From an uncultured Oscillospiraceae bacterium (GTDB taxonomy: Bacteria > Bacillota > Clostridia > Oscillospirales > Oscillospiraceae), in assembly GCA_947623875.1 (NCBI GenBank), contig CANQII010000001.1, forward strand, positions 31,925 through 95,924: 64,000 nucleotides of DNA, in the 5' to 3' direction. Shown here one piece after another: positions 56,297 to 64,000 of the stretch. The notes under the pieces are model-generated. The model ran no database searches. It was not told the DNA's origin and saw nothing but the letters and a program-made list of their open reading frames with translations. The position numbers were made by a program, and so were the translations under genes. Each line of letters starts with the position of its first letter. Position 1 is the stretch's first letter.

Positions 56297-58834
56297 ATGA
56301 GACAGAAATTTACCGTTACCGGTATGACCTGTTCCGCCTGCTCTGCCCATGTGGACAAGGCGGTGCGGAAGCTGCCGGGGGTGAAAGAGGTGAACGTGAA
56401 CCTCCTGGGCGCCTCCATGACGGTGGACTACGAGGGAGACCTCACCCCGGAGACCATCATCGCGGCGGTAGAGAAGGCGGGATACGGCGCCCAGCTGCCG
56501 GCGGCCCCGGGCCAGAAGGCGGCACCGGTGAAGCCGGTTGGGGAGGCCATGCAGGACGAGCTGAAGCACATGAAGTTCCGGCTGATCTCCTCCTTCTGCT
56601 TCCTGATCCCCCTCTTCTATATCTCCATGGGCCATATGATGGGCTGGCCGCTGCCGGGGTTCCTGCTGGGCCACGAGAACATGCTCACCTTCTCCCTGGT
56701 GCTGCTGCTGCTCACCCTGCCCATCATGTATATCAACGACAAGTATTACAAAGTGGGCTTCAAGACCCTCTTTCACCTGAGCCCCAACATGGACTCCCTC
56801 ATCGCGCTGGGCTCGGCCGCCGCCTTCCTCTATAGCATCTGGGCCATGTTCCAGTTGGCGTACGGCTTCGGCCACGGGGACATGGAGGTGGTGGAGCGCT
56901 GGCACATGAGCCTGTACTTCGAGTCCGCCGGCATGATCCTCACCTTGATCACCCTGGGCAAGTACCTGGAGACCCGCTCCAAGGGCAAGACCGGCGAGGC
57001 CATCTCCCGGCTCATCGACCTCACCCCCAAGACCGCCACCGTGCTCCGGGGCGGGGTGGAGCTGGAGATCCCCGTAGAAGAGGTGCAGGTGGGAGACCGG
57101 GTGATCGTCCGTCCCGGCGGCTCTGTGCCGGTGGACGGCGTGGTGGCAGAGGGCGCCTCCTCTGTGGATGAGTCCGCCCTCACCGGCGAGTCCATCCCGG
57201 TGGACAAGGGCGTGGGAGACACCGTGATCTCCGCCTCCATCAACAAGTCCGGCGTGCTGATCCTGGAGGCCACCCGGGTGGGGGAGGATACCACATTGGC
57301 CCAGATGATCCGCCTGGTGGATGAGGCCGCCTCTTCCAAAGCTCCTATTGCAAAGCTGGCAGACAAAGTGGCCGGTGTGTTCGTCCCCGCCGTCATCGGC
57401 ATCGCATTGGTAACCGCTGCGGCCTGGCTCATCGCCACCGGCAGCGCTGAGCGGGCCCTCACCTCCGGCGTGGCAGTTCTGGTGATCTCCTGCCCCTGCG
57501 CCATGGGTCTCGCCACCCCGGTGTCCATCATGGTGGGCACCGGCAAAGGGGCAGAGCACGGCATTCTGGTGAAGTCTGCAGAAGGCTTGGAGCGGCTCCG
57601 CTCTGTTACCACCATTGTGCTGGACAAGACCGGCACCGTTACCCAGGGCAAGCCTCGTGTCACGGACCTCTATCCCATGGGAGACACCACCGTGGAGGAG
57701 CTTCTCTGCGTGGCCGCCTCTCTGGAGAAGCCTTCGGAGCATCCGCTGGGCGCCGCCATTGTGGAAGAGGCCAACCGCAGGAATATCCCGCTCTGTGCGG
57801 TAGAGGACTTCCAGGCCATCCACGGCAAGGGCGTCCGGGGCAAGATCCAGGGCGCCTCCTATGTGGCGGGCAATGCCGCCATGCTGCAGGATGGGGCGGT
57901 GTCCATGGGCAAGAACCGAATGATCGCGGAGACCCTGGCAGAACAGGGCAAGACCCCGCTGTTCTTTGCGGAGAACGGACATCTCATCGGCATCGTGGCC
58001 CTGGCAGATACCGTGAAGCCCACCAGCAAGGCGGCCATCGAGGGATTCCGGAAGATGGGTCTGAAAGTGGTGCTCCTCACCGGAGACAACCGCCGCACAG
58101 CCAACGCCATCGGCAAAGAGCTGGGTCTCACCGATGTGATCGCCGAAGTGCTGCCCACAGATAAGGAGCGGCAGATCGCCGCCCTTCAGGAGAAGGGCGA
58201 GAAGGTGGCCATGGTGGGAGACGGCGTGAACGACGCCCCGGCTTTGGCCCGGGCTGACGTGGGCGTGGCCATCGGCGCCGGCGCTGACGTGGCCATCGAG
58301 TCCGCCGACATCGTCCTTATGAAATCCGATCTGGTGGATGCGGTCACCGCGGTGGAGCTCTCCCGAGCCACCATCCGCAACGTGAAGCAGAACCTCTTCT
58401 GGGCCTTCTTCTACAATGTGATCTGCATCCCCATGGCAGCCGGTCTTTTCGGCTTCCAGCTTGATCCCATGTTTGCCGCCGCAGCCATGAGCCTGAGCTC
58501 TGTTACGGTGGTATCCAACGCCCTGCGGCTGCGGTTCTTCAAGCCCAGCATCGCCCCGCAGGTCATCCCAGACAGCACCGGCGAACAACCCGCCGCTGTA
58601 TATGAATCCGTCCCTGAAACGAAAGGAGCAGAACAACCTATGAAAAAGGTAACCATCGAAGGCATGATGTGCATGCACTGCCGCGCCAGAGTGGAGAAGG
58701 CCCTGCAGGCGCTGGATCCCAAGGCCACCGTGGATCTGGAGAGCAAGACCGGCACCATCGCGGACACCGTTTCCGATGACGCCATCCGCCACGCCATCAC
58801 CGAGGCCGGCTACGAAGTAACCGCCATCGCCTGA
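56297..58834 (+). CDS. copA: Cu(I)-translocating P1B-type ATPase with N- and C-terminal HMA domains
   Basis: GMTCSAC, TGES, CPC, DKTGT, SEHPL, GDGVNDAPAL, YN, MSLSS; C-terminal GMMCMHC. Confidence 0.95.
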   Translation: MRQKFTVTGMTCSACSAHVDKAVRKLPGVKEVNVNLLGASMTVDYEGDLTPETIIAAVEKAGYGAQLPAAPGQKAAPVKPVGEAMQDELKHMKFRLISSFCFLIPLFYISMGHMMGWPLPGFLLGHENMLTFSLVLLLLTLPIMYINDKYYKVGFKTLFHLSPNMDSLIALGSAAAFLYSIWAMFQLAYGFGHGDMEVVERWHMSLYFESAGMILTLITLGKYLETRSKGKTGEAISRLIDLTPKTATVLRGGVELEIPVEEVQVGDRVIVRPGGSVPVDGVVAEGASSVDESALTGESIPVDKGVGDTVISASINKSGVLILEATRVGEDTTLAQMIRLVDEAASSKAPIAKLADKVAGVFVPAVIGIALVTAAAWLIATGSAERALTSGVAVLVISCPCAMGLATPVSIMVGTGKGAEHGILVKSAEGLERLRSVTTIVLDKTGTVTQGKPRVTDLYPMGDTTVEELLCVAASLEKPSEHPLGAAIVEEANRRNIPLCAVEDFQAIHGKGVRGKIQGASYVAGNAAMLQDGAVSMGKNRMIAETLAEQGKTPLFFAENGHLIGIVALADTVKPTSKAAIEGFRKMGLKVVLLTGDNRRTANAIGKELGLTDVIAEVLPTDKERQIAALQEKGEKVAMVGDGVNDAPALARADVGVAIGAGADVAIESADIVLMKSDLVDAVTAVELSRATIRNVKQNLFWAFFYNVICIPMAAGLFGFQLDPMFAAAAMSLSSVTVVSNALRLRFFKPSIAPQVIPDSTGEQPAAVYESVPETKGAEQPMKKVTIEGMMCMHCRARVEKALQALDPKATVDLESKTGTIADTVSDDAIRHAITEAGYEVTAIA

Positions 58835-58846
58835 GCGGCATAGACA

Positions 58847-58881
58847 GGAACATCCCCTCCCGGGCCCGGGAGGGGATGTTC
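58847..58881. terminator. Palindromic terminator after copA (second copy at 60414-60447)
   Basis: gaacatcccctcccggg|cccgggaggggatgttc is a perfect palindrome. Confidence 0.75.
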
Positions 58882-58973
58882 GCATATAGGGGGCTGTATG
58901 TACCTTTCAGGGCAGGACAACAGATGCACCGTCTTGGCAGAGCGATGGGAGAGGAGCCCTCTGGCCGCAGCCG

Positions 58974-59819
58974 TTACGCAATACACTCGTTGCGTGCCTT
59001 CTGCACTCTGCGCTCCAGTTCCTCAATGGCAGCCATTTGGCCCGCAGGCGCCTGCGCTTCCCTCTGCCTGAGAAACTGGACCTGATGCTCCATGGCCTGC
59101 AGTTCGGGCAATGTCCACGGGCGATTCCACACCCTCCGCAACGTCTCAGACGGCATGCACGGGTCCGAAGTGCTGCTGTATAGACAATTCTTCTGGCGGT
59201 CCCACAACGTGATCCGAGAGAAGCAAGGATCCTGTACCAGCACATCCAACGTCTTGGGAAGCGCCTTTACCACCAGATCGTGAGAGGCAACCACGGTGGC
59301 CCTGGGAACTATCCCCCGATCCCGCATTTGATAAAAACGGAGCAATGTGCTGGCGAGGGACTGCTCCGGCCGCACCGCGATGGCAGCCAGCTCCACCGTA
59401 TATCCCCTGGAAACCAGCAATGCCGCCGTCTTTTTTGGTACTTCTGCGGTGCGGCCGGTTCCCTCTACAAGCAGATGATAGTGGAGCCGAGACAGGGTAT
59501 CAATCAGCGCCTCTGTTACCGCACCGGAGAACGGCCCTGTCCAGCGGACGTAGTCTGAACCCGCCAGACAATACAGTTCCCGGTACGCAGGGTGGAATCT
59601 GCGGTATTCATCGCCGTTGATCAAGAACGCATCCCGCTGAAACGCCGCGAAAAAGCGCTGCGAGAGGACAGCTTTTCCGGCTCCAGGCTGTCCCACCATA
59701 AGGATTGCCCTAGGCATCTCCTGGTGGGTGTGAAGGAAGACAATGTCCTTGATTTGGGCTTTTACTACGTTTTGGACATCCATCTCATGAAATGCCGCAA
59801 GAACAGAGAGATCATCCAT
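58974..59819 (-). CDS. Zeta toxin/PezT family P-loop kinase
   Basis: PRAILMVGQPGAGK, INGDEYRRFHP, LLVEGTGRT, HDLVV..LP. Confidence 0.85.
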   Translation of the reverse strand: MDDLSVLAAFHEMDVQNVVKAQIKDIVFLHTHQEMPRAILMVGQPGAGKAVLSQRFFAAFQRDAFLINGDEYRRFHPAYRELYCLAGSDYVRWTGPFSGAVTEALIDTLSRLHYHLLVEGTGRTAEVPKKTAALLVSRGYTVELAAIAVRPEQSLASTLLRFYQMRDRGIVPRATVVASHDLVVKALPKTLDVLVQDPCFSRITLWDRQKNCLYSSTSDPCMPSETLRRVWNRPWTLPELQAMEHQVQFLRQREAQAPAGQMAAIEELERRVQKARNECIA

Positions 59820-60075
59820 TTGCCGTTTCCCCCACCATCGTCAGGATATCTCTGGCGAGATCAAATTTGGCTTCGATCCGCGCCAAATCCATCTCGGATT
59901 CTGCGGCCAGAATTTGCTGCTTTGCAGCCCAGATCAGTTTTCTCAGCGCAACAGCCACTTCATTGCTGGTATCACTGCCAGCCGCAGTCTGCGTATAGCG
60001 ATACAGGTCTGCGCTTATTTCTGCTCCTTTTTCCATCAGGATTTCGCCCTCGAAGGCGATTTCATAGGCGGACAT
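59812..60075 (-). CDS. Small helical protein, probable antitoxin
   Basis: 87 aa; lies directly upstream of the zeta gene and overlaps its start by 8 bp. Confidence 0.6.
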   Translation of the reverse strand: MSAYEIAFEGEILMEKGAEISADLYRYTQTAAGSDTSNEVAVALRKLIWAAKQQILAAESEMDLARIEAKFDLARDILTMVGETANG

Positions 60076-60467
60076 ACAACTTCATCTCCGAACATGTGAT
60101 TGGGATTTTGTGTTTCAAAGCGCCAAGGGAACCGCAAGCCATTGGAGGTCGGCTGCAACTGCGCTGTACGAGCAGCCATTCACCCTTGACAATTAACAAT
60201 CTTAAAATGCAATACAGTCTTGTTTTGCATCTATAGTATCATGTAATTGCAGAAAAGTCCAGCCCTATTTTGCAGGAAAAAGGAAATTGTACAGCTTACT
60301 TCCTCGCTTTTGGTGAGGCAGTTTCCCAGCACCGTCTCGGACGATGCCATCCGCTGCGCCATCCCCGAGACTGGCAACGAGATATCTGCCATCGCCTGAG
60401 CAGTCCTAAACGCGAACATCCCCTCCCGGGCCCGGGAGGGGATGTTCGCACATCTGGAATTGCGGAT

Positions 60468-61205
60468 TTAGGGCAGGGCAATGGAGGCCCCATCCCGGCA
60501 GATTTGGGTGATACTTCCGTCCCGGATCTGGTACGCCTCCCCGTACAGGGTGGTTTTCTGGTCCTCTATTACGAGGTAGGAGCCGTCGTTCAAGGCGAGG
60601 AAGGTGTGGCCCATGCTGTCTGGCAGGGTGATATCCTCGATCATCCGGAGGCCGTCCAGGATTTCGTCCCGCATCACCTGCATGTGGGGAAAGATGTTGA
60701 TCTGGGTGATCCCGAGGCCGGGGAGCCACCGCCGGTACTTGGGATCAATGGTCTCGCCAGGGCGCTCCGGGCCGGCATATACGGTGTCTGCGCAGTTCAT
60801 GGACCCGGCGCTCATGGCGATGAGGGTGCCCCGAAAGGCCTGCAGACGCTCTCTCAGCCGGATCGCATGAAAGAACCGGTTCTGAGTGGGCACATGGCCG
60901 CCGGCGAGGAGCAGGACGTCTGTGCTGGAGAGGTACTGGATGTCCTGGGGATTTCTGTCGTCCACGATGCGGACCGAGGAGACGGGAAGGCCGCTCATGG
61001 GAAAGGACGCGGCAAAACAGGCCTGGAAATTGTCTGCCTTGGAATGGTCTGCGGGATCGGCGGGGAGGATCAGCACCTCGGCTTCCTCTGGCCATGCAGC
61101 TTTCAACTGGTCCAGAAGGCCGTTGGTATTCAGGATCGGCGCCGGAATGCGCATGCCGTGTGCCTTCCGGTATCCGCCCAGGCTGCTGGTGAGGATGGCT
61201 CTCAT
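60468..61205 (-). CDS. Peptidase S51 / PepE-like class I glutamine amidotransferase-fold protein
   Basis: LAGGHVPTQN, MSAGSM nucleophile elbow, GLG...IFPH. Confidence 0.8.
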   Translation of the reverse strand: MRAILTSSLGGYRKAHGMRIPAPILNTNGLLDQLKAAWPEEAEVLILPADPADHSKADNFQACFAASFPMSGLPVSSVRIVDDRNPQDIQYLSSTDVLLLAGGHVPTQNRFFHAIRLRERLQAFRGTLIAMSAGSMNCADTVYAGPERPGETIDPKYRRWLPGLGITQINIFPHMQVMRDEILDGLRMIEDITLPDSMGHTFLALNDGSYLVIEDQKTTLYGEAYQIRDGSITQICRDGASIALP

Positions 61206-62173
61206 GGGTCTTCCGGGTCCTCCGGATGGAACAGGTCCTCCAGATTGTCCAGGTTATCCAGATCGTCTGCATCGATGATCACGATCCCGTTCTGGATGTC
61301 CTCCGGCCAGTACATGCCGCTGAGGTGATCCTCAACCCACTGCAGGCTCTTGGCCACATCCTCTGCGCCGTTTTTGGCCGCCATCTGATAGAGGTGGAAG
61401 GCCTTCTTCATGTCCTGGCCAGTGCCGAAGGCGTCCGTCTGGTAGAGCCAGGCCGCGTTGCCGTACGCTTTTCCGTATCCCAGTTTGCCCGCCCGGAGGA
61501 AGCAGTCCAGGGCTTTCTTCGGATCCTTCTCCCCGCAGAGGCCATCCAGTGCCAGGGAGCCCAGCTGATTCCAGCAGTACGGGTCTCCCTCGTCTGCTCC
61601 CACCTGGTAGAAGTGGCGGGCCATGATGTAGTCTACGGGGGTCCCGTAGCCCTGGTGGTAGCAGAGACCGGCAAAAAACGCCGCCTGGGTATTGCCCTGA
61701 TTCGCCAGGGACTTAAAGATGGGGAAGGATGCGGCCTTGTCCTCCTCCGTGCCTTTCCCCCCATACAGGCACAGGGCGTATTGGTGGGATGCCTCTTGTA
61801 TGCCGGCCTCGTGACCCGCCTTGTACCAGCGAAAGGCCTGGACATGCTGGCCCATCTCATCCAGGAGGTAGCCCAGGGCCAGATAGGCCTGGACATTGCC
61901 CATCTTGGCCGAATGGAGGTATGCACTTTTGGCGGCGTTAAGGTTCTTCTCCACCCCGATGCCGTTCTCATAGAGGTTGCCCAGAAAGTATCCGCCCGCC
62001 GGGTCTCCCGCCTTCATGGCCTCCCGGTACAACATGGCGGCGGTGGCAGGGTCTTTCTGGAACAGGGTGCCCTCCTCCAGGGCAGAGCCCACCATCATGC
62101 AGAGACTGGAGTTCTCCCGGGTGCAGTACCAGGCCGGGTTCAGCTGCACGGGGATGGGTTTTGAGATGTCCAT
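61202..62173 (-). CDS. Sel1-like repeat protein
   Basis: Repeated LG.LY..G.GV.K...A...Y..AA..G units. Confidence 0.88.
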   Translation of the reverse strand: MDISKPIPVQLNPAWYCTRENSSLCMMVGSALEEGTLFQKDPATAAMLYREAMKAGDPAGGYFLGNLYENGIGVEKNLNAAKSAYLHSAKMGNVQAYLALGYLLDEMGQHVQAFRWYKAGHEAGIQEASHQYALCLYGGKGTEEDKAASFPIFKSLANQGNTQAAFFAGLCYHQGYGTPVDYIMARHFYQVGADEGDPYCWNQLGSLALDGLCGEKDPKKALDCFLRAGKLGYGKAYGNAAWLYQTDAFGTGQDMKKAFHLYQMAAKNGAEDVAKSLQWVEDHLSGMYWPEDIQNGIVIIDADDLDNLDNLEDLFHPEDPEDP

Positions 62174-62272
62174 ATCGATCTCCCTTCTTCTGGAAACTGC
62201 AGGCCCGCCGGGAGGCGGGCCTGCGTAAGATGTATGGCTTGGTTCATTTGTCTGATTGGGTGAGAATTGCGC

Positions 62273-63175
62273 TTATTTCAGCACTTTCAGGATGGGTTTG
62301 CCGGTCTCTTCCGGAACCTCGTCTGCCGCATCCCAGGGAATGCCCAGACGGTCCAGCTGCTGGATGGCGTTTGGCTCTCCCGCAGAGGCGGCACGCCTGT
62401 AGAACTGGACGGCTTTATCGAGGTCCGGTTCCTCCCCGGCGGCGCCGGACTCATAGAGCCAGGCGGCGTTGGTGCAGGCCGTGCTGCTGCCGAGGTTCGC
62501 CGCAGTGCAGAAGCACTCCAAGGCCTTGGCGGCATCCGGTTCCACCCCCAGGCCCTTCTCATACAGCACGCCCACCTGGTTCCAGCTGGGGGCATGGTCC
62601 GCCTCAGTGCCGATGGTGTAGTGCTTCATGGCCTTGCCGTAGTCCTGGGGCACAAAGATGCCGTCCTGGTAGTACACGCCGGCATAGTACGCCCCCTCGG
62701 GGTGGCCATTGTTGGCGAGATACTTGAAGTGGTGGAAGGCGGCGGCATAGTCCCGGTCTGTGCCGTGACCCCGGTGCAGGCAGAGGCCGCAGTGGAATAT
62801 GGCGTCCTGGTCCCCCTGGGCAGCAGATCTCCGGTACCAGAGGTAGGCCGTCTCGGGCTGGTCCAGTTTCTCAAAGAGCAGCCCCAGGGCCAGCATGGCC
62901 TCCGGGTGGTGGTCCTGAGCCGCCAGGTAGTAGAGGTGCTTGGCGGTGTTCCAGTCCTGGGCCACGCCCAGGCCCTCCTCATAGAGGGTGCCAAGCAGAT
63001 ACCCGGCATAGGTGTCCCCGCCTTTCAGAGCAGCCCGGTACAGAACGGCTGCGGTGGCGGGATCCTCCTGAAAGCAGTGGCCTTTTTCCACAGACATGCC
63101 GAGATACCGGTATAGGTGGTCTTCTTCTTTGGCGAATCTGTCTGCGCCGGTGAGCTGCAAGGTGATGGATTCCAT
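62273..63175 (-). CDS. Sel1-like repeat protein (paralogue of its neighbour)
   Basis: Sel1 repeats; shares FQ.DPATAA.LYR.A.K.GD with 61202-62173. Confidence 0.88.
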   Translation of the reverse strand: MESITLQLTGADRFAKEEDHLYRYLGMSVEKGHCFQEDPATAAVLYRAALKGGDTYAGYLLGTLYEEGLGVAQDWNTAKHLYYLAAQDHHPEAMLALGLLFEKLDQPETAYLWYRRSAAQGDQDAIFHCGLCLHRGHGTDRDYAAAFHHFKYLANNGHPEGAYYAGVYYQDGIFVPQDYGKAMKHYTIGTEADHAPSWNQVGVLYEKGLGVEPDAAKALECFCTAANLGSSTACTNAAWLYESGAAGEEPDLDKAVQFYRRAASAGEPNAIQQLDRLGIPWDAADEVPEETGKPILKVLK

Positions 63176-63255
63176 AGGAACAAATCCTCCTCGATCTTTG
63201 GGGCCTGCACGTCATTGTGCAGTGGGGCAACAGGAACATGCTGGGGAGAAAAGCC

Positions 63256-63288
63256 CCAGGCCCGCCGGGTCCGGCGGGCCTGGAAAAA
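63256..63288. terminator. Hairpin after pmbA (similar hairpin at 62199-62224)
   Basis: ccaggcccgccg-ggtc-cggcgggcctgg. Confidence 0.6.
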
Positions 63289-63294
63289 GGCTGA

Positions 63295-64000
63295 TTACTT
63301 GCCGGCGATGGTGAGTCCCTCCACCAGAACGGCGGGGGAAGCGAATGCGGTCTTGCCGGGGAAGCCGGGCATCTTCACCTCGTTGGAGAGGGCGGTGATC
63401 TGGGTGAGAAGGGTATAGAAGTTGCCGGCCACGGTGAAGGACTTCACCGCCTTGGTCTTCACGCCGTCCTCGATCATGAAGCCGCTGCTCTGGAGGGAGA
63501 AGTCTCCGGAGATGGGGTTGGCACCGGCGTGGAGACCGCCCAGAGAGGTGATGTACACGCCGTTGCCCGCCTTCTGGAGAAGCTCCTCCTCGGTGAGGTC
63601 TCCCGGGGCGAGATACATGGTGAAGGGCATGATGCCCACAGGGGCGGAGTAGTTGCGCTTGGCGGCATTGCCGGTGGTCTGCTTGCCCATGGCAGCGGCT
63701 GCCTTCAGATCATAGAGCAGGGTGTTCAGCACGCCATTTTCGATGACGTTCTTCTGATAGGTGGGGGTGCCCTCCGCATCGAAGGGGAGGGGCATGATGC
63801 TGTCCTTGTAGAAGGGGTCATCCACCAGGGTCACGATGGGGCTGGCCACCACCTGTCCCTCTTTGCCGCCCATGCGGGAGAGACCTCGGCGCACCCGCTC
63901 GGCGTTGAAGATGCCGCTGAAGGTGCTGAGCAGGCTGCCCATGGCCTCGGGGGCGAAGACCACGGGATAGGCGCCGGTGGGGGCCACATCTGCACCCAGT
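63295..64000 (-). CDS. TldE/PmbA family metalloprotease subunit (5' end outside the window)
   Basis: G.YPVVF.P, TLVDDP, PFDAEG, TTGNA, GLHAGAN.ISGDFS, FTVAGN, SPAVLV. Confidence 0.9.
   Translation of the reverse strand, partial: LGADVAPTGAYPVVFAPEAMGSLLSTFSGIFNAERVRRGLSRMGGKEGQVVASPIVTLVDDPFYKDSIMPLPFDAEGTPTYQKNVIENGVLNTLLYDLKAAAAMGKQTTGNAAKRNYSAPVGIMPFTMYLAPGDLTEEELLQKAGNGVYITSLGGLHAGANPISGDFSLQSSGFMIEDGVKTKAVKSFTVAGNFYTLLTQITALSNEVKMPGFPGKTAFASPAVLVEGLTIAGK

Larger units (their letters stand above)
58765..60450. mobile_element. Toxin-antitoxin islet flanked by ~120-bp direct repeats (copA 3' end plus terminator)
   Basis: 58765-58884 versus 60330-60450; both contain the identical gaacatcccctcccgggcccgggaggggatgttcgca. 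Confidence 0.8.

Noticed and set aside
55991-58885. 964-aa minus-strand ORF (also 790-2121, 9457-11481, 47568-50075 and similar)
   Set aside because: Antisense shadows of well-supported genes.

Overview
High-GC Firmicutes chromosome segment, probably Clostridia (Oscillospiraceae-like), judged from SLH proteins, a sortase-type anchor, an ECF S component, CsoR and a sporulation-type promoter. Housekeeping blocks (hpf, uppP, ftsK, nrdR-upp-tsaB-tsaE, FtsW/RodA, FMN riboswitch-ribU, csoR-copA, pmbA) alternate with accessory DNA. Main observations: (1) a ~430-bp segment (2269-2736) bounded by inverted 11-7-11 bp recombination-like sites carries a strong sigma70 promoter that points away from an HU gene and a ~4,300-aa vWA adhesin. 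It is a candidate invertible promoter in the OFF orientation, and no recombinase is present in the window. (2) Four tandem paralogue arrays (3x, 5x, 4x, 2x), including a 4-gene family with a degenerate AAA-ATPase-like domain fused to a possible HopA1/lyase-like domain. (3) A cluster of DnaA-box-like motifs read in frame inside a UvrD helicase that probably starts at CTG. (4) A 1.56-kb zeta toxin-antitoxin islet between duplicated copies of the copA 3' end. (5) A NADAR-Macro fusion, an internal CopZ start in copA, and an SLH protein with seven Cys/His-rich repeats. All family assignments come from reading motifs by eye; no database searches were run.
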